This document shows positions 57,777-64,000 of a stretch of 64,000 nucleotides of DNA, piece by piece. Source of the stretch: an uncultured Actinomycetes bacterium (GTDB lineage Bacteria > Actinomycetota > Actinomycetes > S36-B12 > UBA10799). The notes under the pieces were generated by a model, which had not been told where the DNA came from, searched no databases, and saw nothing but the letters and a program-made list of their open reading frames with translations. How positions within the stretch are numbered: the first letter of the stretch is position 1; each line of letters opens with the position of its first letter. The DNA lies in contig CAWJIH010000006.1 in the NCBI GenBank assembly GCA_963842975.1, positions 87,331-151,330 of the forward strand, written 5' to 3'. The translations under genes and the position numbers were made by a program.

Positions 57777-59000
57777 TCAGGGTTGGTCGACTCCGGCCGG
57801 CGGACTGGCGCAGACCCGGTCGCGTCCGGCGTGCTTGGCGGCGTACAGCGCATCATCTGCCCTGCGCACCAACGACTCTGCACTGTCCGACGGTTGAAGC
57901 GACGCCACGCCAACACTCGCCGTCACCTGAACGTCGACATCGTGCTCGCGTTCGGAGATCTCGGCGCGTATGCGTTCAGCAATCGCTAACGACTCCGTTT
58001 CCCCGGCTCCGGGAAGAATCGCGAGGAACTCCTCGCCGCCCCATCTGCCGATCGTGTCTTGCGACCGCACCGCGAAGTTGATGGCCTGCGCAGCCTCCCG
58101 GAGAACATCGTCGCCGGCTTCGTGCCCATAGGTGTCGTTGACCCGCTTGAAGTGATCGAGATCGATCAGCGCCACGGCTAGCTGCTCACCCCGGGAATGG
58201 GCCGCGGAAACAACCGCGTAGAGCACCGCATCACAGTGACCGCGATTGACCAGCCCCGTGAGTCCGTCCGTGGTGGACAGCACCCGCAGGTCCTTGTTCA
58301 TCGCTTGGACGAGGTCTCGCTCCTGGGTCAGCCGCAGTTGGGTCTTGTAACTGATCACAAGGGCGAGCATGATCGCGAACCACGAAGAGGTTGTGAGAGC
58401 GAAGAGAAACGGTATCAGCAGGCCAATGCTGGCGTCCCCGGTGATGAGCGTCGTGTTGACGAAACCTGGGTCGGCGGCGAGTTGGCCAGCTCGCAGGCCC
58501 CGGTAGGCAGACGCGACGGCTGCGATCAGACACAGCAACGACGTCACCACCGTCAAGGCCCGGGGCAAATCTGCGCCGTGACGGAAGTAGACCCACGACA
58601 CCGCTGCGTAGATGGCTGTCGCTACGAACGAGATCACCACGATCCGAATGGCGAGGTTCGGGTCGACGTAGGTGAAGTACACAGACGACACCACCAGTAG
58701 GCCCAGCACGATCGGTATCCACCGCCGTGGCGCGCGCACCCCCAGCAAGGACCGGGAAGCCGTGAGGACCAGCGCCAGCGCGACGAAGCTCACCGAATTG
58801 CCCACAACAATGACGAGGAAATCTGGGGCAAGACCTCGCAAACCCATGAAGGAGCTTCCGATGGTTGCGGCACCTGCCGCGGTTGTCCAATCGCGCAGGC
58901 TCTTTTCCTCGGGGGTGATCCGGAAGAGGAACCAGGCCGAGAAGAAGAAGACGATGTTCGACATCGCTACTGCGATCGCGATCGTGCGGAGGTCGAACAT
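57777..59000 (-). CDS. Membrane-anchored diguanylate cyclase (GGDEF)
   Basis: About 7 TM helices; DGLTGL, DLDHFKRVND, RSQD I-site and GGEEF. Confidence 0.93.
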   Translation of the reverse strand: MFDLRTIAIAVAMSNIVFFFSAWFLFRITPEEKSLRDWTTAAGAATIGSSFMGLRGLAPDFLVIVVGNSVSFVALALVLTASRSLLGVRAPRRWIPIVLGLLVVSSVYFTYVDPNLAIRIVVISFVATAIYAAVSWVYFRHGADLPRALTVVTSLLCLIAAVASAYRGLRAGQLAADPGFVNTTLITGDASIGLLIPFLFALTTSSWFAIMLALVISYKTQLRLTQERDLVQAMNKDLRVLSTTDGLTGLVNRGHCDAVLYAVVSAAHSRGEQLAVALIDLDHFKRVNDTYGHEAGDDVLREAAQAINFAVRSQDTIGRWGGEEFLAILPGAGETESLAIAERIRAEISEREHDVDVQVTASVGVASLQPSDSAESLVRRADDALYAAKHAGRDRVCASPPAGVDQP

Positions 59001-59164
59001 CAGGGTCCGGTTTCGCCTTGTCGCACGAGTCGACCCTACGCGTTTGCGGCCCGTCGTGCGATGTCGAAGTTGGTGCACTGCGCTCACTGAGGCCGACATG
59101 CCGCGGATGCGGATTGCCGGCCTCAGTGAGGGGAGTTCACAACAGGGCGAAGCGAACTCGGCAA

Positions 59165-60133
59165 CTAGTGGAACGTCACCTCAGCGGCATTGGTGGTGAT
59201 GTGGGTGCCCTTGCTTCCGGCCATGATCTCCGGCAGGTCGTCCAGAGCGCCGATCACCGCAACTTTGCCCGGGTTGCGCCGGGCGAATTCGGCAGCCGCC
59301 TCGACCTTCGGTCCCATCGAACCCGCCGGGAAGTCGTAGGCCTCAATTGCGTCTGGTGAGGCCTCTGCGATGGCCTTTTGGTCTGGCGTGCCCCAGTCCA
59401 AGTAGACCGCGTCGGTATCGGTGGCAATGACCAGGAAATCTGCGTCGAGATCCTGGGCCAGCACCGCCGATGAGCGGTCCTTGTCGATCACAGCTTCGAC
59501 CCCCACCAGGTGCTTGGGGTTGAAGTCCCACGGACCTTCAAGTTCGGTCTCTAGGGACCGGTACATAGTCGGGATGCCGCCGCCGCCGGTGCACACCACG
59601 ACCGCACCCATCTCAAGTAGCGTCTTGATTGGTCGGATCTCGAAAATCCGCTTGGGCACCGGCGAGGGGACCACACGCCGCCAGGCGTCGCCGTCCTCCT
59701 TGACCGTCCAGCCTCTCTCGTCTGCCAGTCGCTTGGCATCCGCCTCGGAGTACACCGGGCCGACGAACTTCGTGGGATCGGCCATCGCGGGGTCGTCAGC
59801 GTCGACTTCAGTCATGGTGAGGATGGTCGCGATGGGCTTCTCGAAGGGCAGATAGTTGCCCAATTCCTGCTCGATGAAGTAACCGATCATCCCCTCAGTT
59901 TGTGCACCCAGGACGTCGAAGGGGTACGAGGAGGTCTCGTCGTAGGACGACGCCTGCAGGGACAGCAGGCCGACTTGCGGCCCGTTGCCGTGGGAAATCA
60001 CCAACTCATGTTCCATGGCCACCGGGCTAAGTGCGCGACACGCCACTCTGACGTTTTCGCGCTGATTTTCGACCGTCATCGGCTCTCCGCGCTTTTGCAG
60101 CGCGTTTCCGCCGAGGGCTACTACGACCCGCAT
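59165..60133 (-). CDS. arcC: Carbamate kinase
   Basis: [36 protein letters not shown] and GSMGPK motifs. Confidence 0.96.
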   Translation of the reverse strand: MRVVVALGGNALQKRGEPMTVENQRENVRVACRALSPVAMEHELVISHGNGPQVGLLSLQASSYDETSSYPFDVLGAQTEGMIGYFIEQELGNYLPFEKPIATILTMTEVDADDPAMADPTKFVGPVYSEADAKRLADERGWTVKEDGDAWRRVVPSPVPKRIFEIRPIKTLLEMGAVVVCTGGGGIPTMYRSLETELEGPWDFNPKHLVGVEAVIDKDRSSAVLAQDLDADFLVIATDTDAVYLDWGTPDQKAIAEASPDAIEAYDFPAGSMGPKVEAAAEFARRNPGKVAVIGALDDLPEIMAGSKGTHITTNAAEVTFH

Positions 60134-60289
60134 GGTGTCTCCTCTGCTGAAGTTGGGTGAGGAGAGCCTGACAGGTGCGCCGCCGGAATGCAGCCCGAAC
60201 GACCGCGCACAAGTGGAACGAAATATGAAGAGCCGGGGAACCCAGGAAGGGTGATCCCGTGCGTCAGCAGTCCTTCGTTGCTGGCGAGG

Positions 60290-61129
60290 TCAGTTGTAGT
60301 GGTGAGCGGCATCCGGATAGGTACCGGAAACGACTTCGTCGGCCCAGGTGGACACTGCCGAGCCCAGCACCCCGCGAAGGTCGGCGTATTGCTTCACGAA
60401 CTTCGCTGGCCGCCCGGCGGTGAGCCCGGCGAGGTCCTGCCACACCAGCACCTGGGCATCCGTAGCCGCACCTGCGCCAATGCCGATGGTGGGGATGGCC
60501 AACGAGCGGGTGACTTGCTCCGCGAGGTCATGCGGTACGACCTCCAGCACCACGGCGAAGGCTCCAACTGCCTGCAGGTTCTTCGCATCCCGCATGAGGA
60601 TCTGTCCGGCCTCGCCGCGGCCCTGCACGCGGTAGCCGCCGAGGGCGTGAACGGACTGGGGTGTGAGTCCCAGGTGTCCCATCACCGGGATTCCCGCATC
60701 GACGAGCGCCTCAACCTGAGGTAGGACCCGCTCGCCGCCTTCGAGTTTGACGGCGTGGGCGCCTGCCTCCTTCATGAATCGGGTAGCCGTGGCCAAGGCC
60801 TGGGCGGGCCCCTCTTGATAGGAGCCGAACGGAAGGTCGGCCACCACCATGGCTCGAGCGCTACCGCGGACAACCGCCCGCGTCAGAGGAATCAGGTCGT
60901 CGACCGTCACGGGGATGGTGGAGTCGTAGCCGTAGACGACCATGGCGGCGGAATCGCCTACCAGCATCACCGGAATCCCAGCGTCGTCAAACACGCCAGC
61001 AGTGAGGGCGTCGTATGAGGTGATCATGGGCCACTTTTCGCCAGCCTCTTTGGCGGCGGCGAGGTCGCGGACAGTGACGCGACGAGCGGGGCCCTCGGGT
61101 GAACCGTACAGACGGTGAGACATTGCCAT
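60290..61129 (-). CDS. panB: 3-methyl-2-oxobutanoate hydroxymethyltransferase
   Basis: TSYD, LVGDS, ADLPFGSY, VKLEGG, GHLGLTPQS and IGIGAG motifs. Confidence 0.97.
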   Translation of the reverse strand: MAMSHRLYGSPEGPARRVTVRDLAAAKEAGEKWPMITSYDALTAGVFDDAGIPVMLVGDSAAMVVYGYDSTIPVTVDDLIPLTRAVVRGSARAMVVADLPFGSYQEGPAQALATATRFMKEAGAHAVKLEGGERVLPQVEALVDAGIPVMGHLGLTPQSVHALGGYRVQGRGEAGQILMRDAKNLQAVGAFAVVLEVVPHDLAEQVTRSLAIPTIGIGAGAATDAQVLVWQDLAGLTAGRPAKFVKQYADLRGVLGSAVSTWADEVVSGTYPDAAHHYN

Positions 61130-61137
61130 TCTCCAAT

Positions 61138-61163
61138 CTCGAGGCTCCCCACGGAGTCCCCGG
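61138..61163 (-). promoter_or_regulatory. Bulged-A hairpin directly upstream of panB (pan-motif-like)
   Basis: Sense strand CGGGG-A-CTCC-GTGG-GGAG-CCTCG next to the GGAG RBS. Confidence 0.4.
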
Positions 61164-61268
61164 ACGTCGAACATGATGACACTGTGCAGGTGGGCAAACA
61201 AGGTCCGGGTGGCGCATCATTCCCGGACTCACACAACCCCCTCAGATTAGGGCGTGGTTCCCCTCAGA

Positions 61269-63008
61269 CTAAGGCGTGGTTTCCCGCCAGCGGTTGGTGA
61301 CTGGTAGGCGCCGGTCCCGACCGAAAGCTTTGTACGTGATCTTGGTGCCTGGTGGGTACTGTCGGCGCTTGTACTCGGCAGTGTCGATCAGCCGCAGGAC
61401 GCGGTGCACCAGTTCTGGGTCGAAGCCGGCTGCCACGAGTTCGGCGGCTCCGGAATCATTTTCCACGTAGGCGTCCAGGAGTGCGTCGAGTTCGAAGTAG
61501 TCGGGTAGCGAATCGCTGTCGCGTTGATCCGGGCGAAGTTCCGCGGAGGGTTCTTTGGTGATTGAGTTCTCCGGGATTGGCGGGGTTTCGCCCCGCTCTG
61601 CTGCTGCGGCGTTCCGCCAACGCGACAGTTCCCAGACCAGCGACTTCGGCACATCCTTGATTGGGGCGAACCCGCCCACCGCATCTCCGTAGATCGTGGA
61701 GTATCCCACCGCGATCTCGCTTTTGTTGCCGGTTGCGAGCACCAACGGTCCCTCGGAATTGGAGACCGCCATCAGGATCACACCGCGGACCCTGGCTTGC
61801 AGATTCTCCTCGGCCAGTCCCGTCAATTCCAGGGAGTCCTCGAAGGCATTGACCATGTCGGCGATTGGAACAGTGCGAAAGTCAAGCCCAGTGCGGCCGG
61901 CAAGGTCGGCAGCGTCACCCCGGGAGTGATCCGAGGAGTAGCGGCTGGGCATCGAGACGCCGATCACGTTAGCTGCCCCGACCGCGTCGCAGGCGATGGC
62001 GGCGACCAATGCCGAATCGATGCCACCGGAAAGCCCAAGCGCCACCCTGGTGAATCCATTCTTTCGGACATAGTCGCGAAGTCCCAGTGTGAGCGCGTGG
62101 TAGACCTCGGAGGCATCTGCCAGTTCCGGCGCGATCACTGGGTTGGGAAGTGCCGGGTGGGGCGGGGCGGCTGTGTCGCCGGTGGGGATCACTACCGTGG
62201 CAGCGTTCGGCGCGCCAGCGGCGAGTTTGACGTCGAGGTCCACCACGATCAACTCATCCACGAACTCGTGGGCGCGAGCCACCACCTGCCCGTCGGGACA
62301 CACCACCATGGAGTCGCCATCGAACACCAACTCGTCCTGCCCGCCCACCATGTTCACGTAGGCCAGCGGGCAGCCAGCCTCGGCGGCGCGCCGGCGGCAC
62401 AGGGCGAGTCGCTGGTCGTCCTTCGATCGCTCATACGGGGACCCGTTGAGCACCAACAGCAGGCCGGCGCCGGTTGCCCTGACCTGCGCTACTGGACCCC
62501 CTTCTTGCCAAAGGTCCTCACAGATGGCAAGGGCAACATCGACACCACCGATACGCACCACGAGGGACTCCACACCGGGCACGAAATAGCGGAACTCGTC
62601 GAAGACGCCGTAGTTGGGCAGGTGGTGTTTCGCGTAGATCCCGCGCACCTCGCCGCCATGGAGCACTGCCGCTGCGTTCCGCGGTCCGCCGCGGGGTCGG
62701 CCCGGTCCGCTGTCGCGTTCAGCCCCCAATGTGTCGAGGAAGCCAACCACCACGGTCAGGTCACCGCAGCCAACAGCCAGAAGTTCGCGCGCGAGGTGTT
62801 CGACACCCGCTCGGGAGGCCTGCTGAAAGGATCCGCGCAGCGCAAGATCCTCAATCGGATACCCGGTGAGCATCATCTCCGGAAATGCCACCAGGTCAGC
62901 TCCGGCGGTCGCTGCCCGGATGCTTTCCGCAATCACAATTGCGGCATTGCCGGCCACGTCACCGACGGTGGGATTGACCTGTGCGAGGGCGAGGCGCAGC
63001 GTTGTCAT
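61269..63008 (-). CDS. nadE: Glutamine-dependent NAD+ synthetase
   Basis: Nitrilase domain FPE, K and ICEDLW; SGGIDS, ENLQAR, TGNKSE and PSAELRP motifs. Confidence 0.97.
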   Translation of the reverse strand: MTTLRLALAQVNPTVGDVAGNAAIVIAESIRAATAGADLVAFPEMMLTGYPIEDLALRGSFQQASRAGVEHLARELLAVGCGDLTVVVGFLDTLGAERDSGPGRPRGGPRNAAAVLHGGEVRGIYAKHHLPNYGVFDEFRYFVPGVESLVVRIGGVDVALAICEDLWQEGGPVAQVRATGAGLLLVLNGSPYERSKDDQRLALCRRRAAEAGCPLAYVNMVGGQDELVFDGDSMVVCPDGQVVARAHEFVDELIVVDLDVKLAAGAPNAATVVIPTGDTAAPPHPALPNPVIAPELADASEVYHALTLGLRDYVRKNGFTRVALGLSGGIDSALVAAIACDAVGAANVIGVSMPSRYSSDHSRGDAADLAGRTGLDFRTVPIADMVNAFEDSLELTGLAEENLQARVRGVILMAVSNSEGPLVLATGNKSEIAVGYSTIYGDAVGGFAPIKDVPKSLVWELSRWRNAAAAERGETPPIPENSITKEPSAELRPDQRDSDSLPDYFELDALLDAYVENDSGAAELVAAGFDPELVHRVLRLIDTAEYKRRQYPPGTKITYKAFGRDRRLPVTNRWRETTP

Positions 63009-63145
63009 GAGGGCAGTCTGGCAGTCCGTTCATGACCACCGTGCGTTCACGTCGGGTGTGGTGTCGAGAACGCTCGACGAACTCCAGAGCAGGCGGTTAC
63101 GAGAGTCGACAGACGCGCGCAAACCAACGGTGGCAGGCTAGGGGC

Positions 63146-64000
63146 ATGGATAAGCAGACCGAGTTCGTATTGCGGGCGATCGAGGAGCGGGACATTCGCT
63201 TCGTGCGGCTGTGGTTCACGGATGTGCTGGGACAGCTGAAATCTGTGGCGATCGCACCGGCGGAGCTCGAAGGGGCCTTTGAGGAGGGCATCGGCTTCGA
63301 CGGCTCCGCGATCCAAGGCTTCACCCGGGTGACGGAGGCGGACATGCTTGCCCGGCCGGATCCGTCGACGTTCCAGATCCTGCCTTGGCGCGGTGAAGAG
63401 AACGCGGTGGCGCGCATGTTCTGCGACATTGCGCTGCCGGACGGTTCGCCTTCCCACGCGGACTCGAGGTACGTGCTGAAGCGCGCCTTGGATCATGCGG
63501 CCGCGGACGGGTTCACGTTCTACACTCACCCGGAAATCGAGTTCTACCTGCTTCGGGAACGACCTGCCGTCGGTGGCCAACCCGTCCCGGTCGATGATGC
63601 TGGCTACTTTGACCACGCCACGCTCGGGCCCGCGCAGGACTTTCGTCGCAAGGCGATCACCATGCTTGAGGACATGGGGATTTCGGTGGAGTTCAGTCAC
63701 CACGAAGGAGGACCCGGGCAGCAGGAAATCGACCTGCGCTACGCAGACGCCCTGAGCACCGCCGACAACATCATGACGTTCCGCACGGTCGTCAAGGAAG
63801 TCGCCGTCGAACAGGGGGTGTGGGCGACTTTCATGCCCAAACCATTCCGGGATCACCCAGGGTCCGGCATGCACACACACGTCAGCCTGTTTGAAGGGGA
63901 TGCCAACGCCTTCGCTGATCCGTCGGCGCCAATGGGGCTCTCTAGCGTCGGACGATCCTTCATCGCGGGTCTGTTGCACCACGCTCCGGAGATGTCGGCG
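63146..64000 (+). CDS. glnA: Glutamine synthetase type I (GlnA2-like), 3'-truncated; not in the supplied ORF track
   Basis: MDKQTEFVLRAIEERDIRFVRLWFTDVLG, GFDGSAI, HPEIEF, HHEGGPGQQEI, FMPKP and GSGMH motifs. Confidence 0.93.
   Translation, partial: MDKQTEFVLRAIEERDIRFVRLWFTDVLGQLKSVAIAPAELEGAFEEGIGFDGSAIQGFTRVTEADMLARPDPSTFQILPWRGEENAVARMFCDIALPDGSPSHADSRYVLKRALDHAAADGFTFYTHPEIEFYLLRERPAVGGQPVPVDDAGYFDHATLGPAQDFRRKAITMLEDMGISVEFSHHEGGPGQQEIDLRYADALSTADNIMTFRTVVKEVAVEQGVWATFMPKPFRDHPGSGMHTHVSLFEGDANAFADPSAPMGLSSVGRSFIAGLLHHAPEMSA

Noticed and set aside
60134-60289. Riboswitch upstream of arcC
   Set aside because: No recognisable aptamer consensus or convincing multi-stem structure

Overview
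GC-rich actinobacterial chromosome segment. Most of it is the conserved core region: hemW, hrcA (with a perfect CIRCE)-dnaJ-rsmE-HIT-phoH-ybeY-era, recO-uppS, glyS-dusB-dgt-dnaG, three tRNAs, glgP, aceE, Nif3-zinc ribbon-RNase H-rnpB, map, panB, nadE and glnA. An accessory block follows tRNA(CAT) at about 27.7-39.7 kb. It holds a co-oriented run of NagZ-type GH3, an atypical P-type ATPase and a heliorhodopsin (the last two apparently translationally coupled), then GNAT and PhzF. It also holds an Imm-like membrane protein, an OatA-like O-acyltransferase and two divergent Rpf-domain genes. Between the Rpf genes lie a CRP-type site and a structured leader that keeps only the outer three-way junction of a c-di-AMP riboswitch. 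Five single-base CDS frameshifts and one extra tRNA base are most simply read as sequencing or assembly indels. No CRISPR array, integrase or transposase was seen. All calls come from manual motif recognition; no database searches or folding programs were run.
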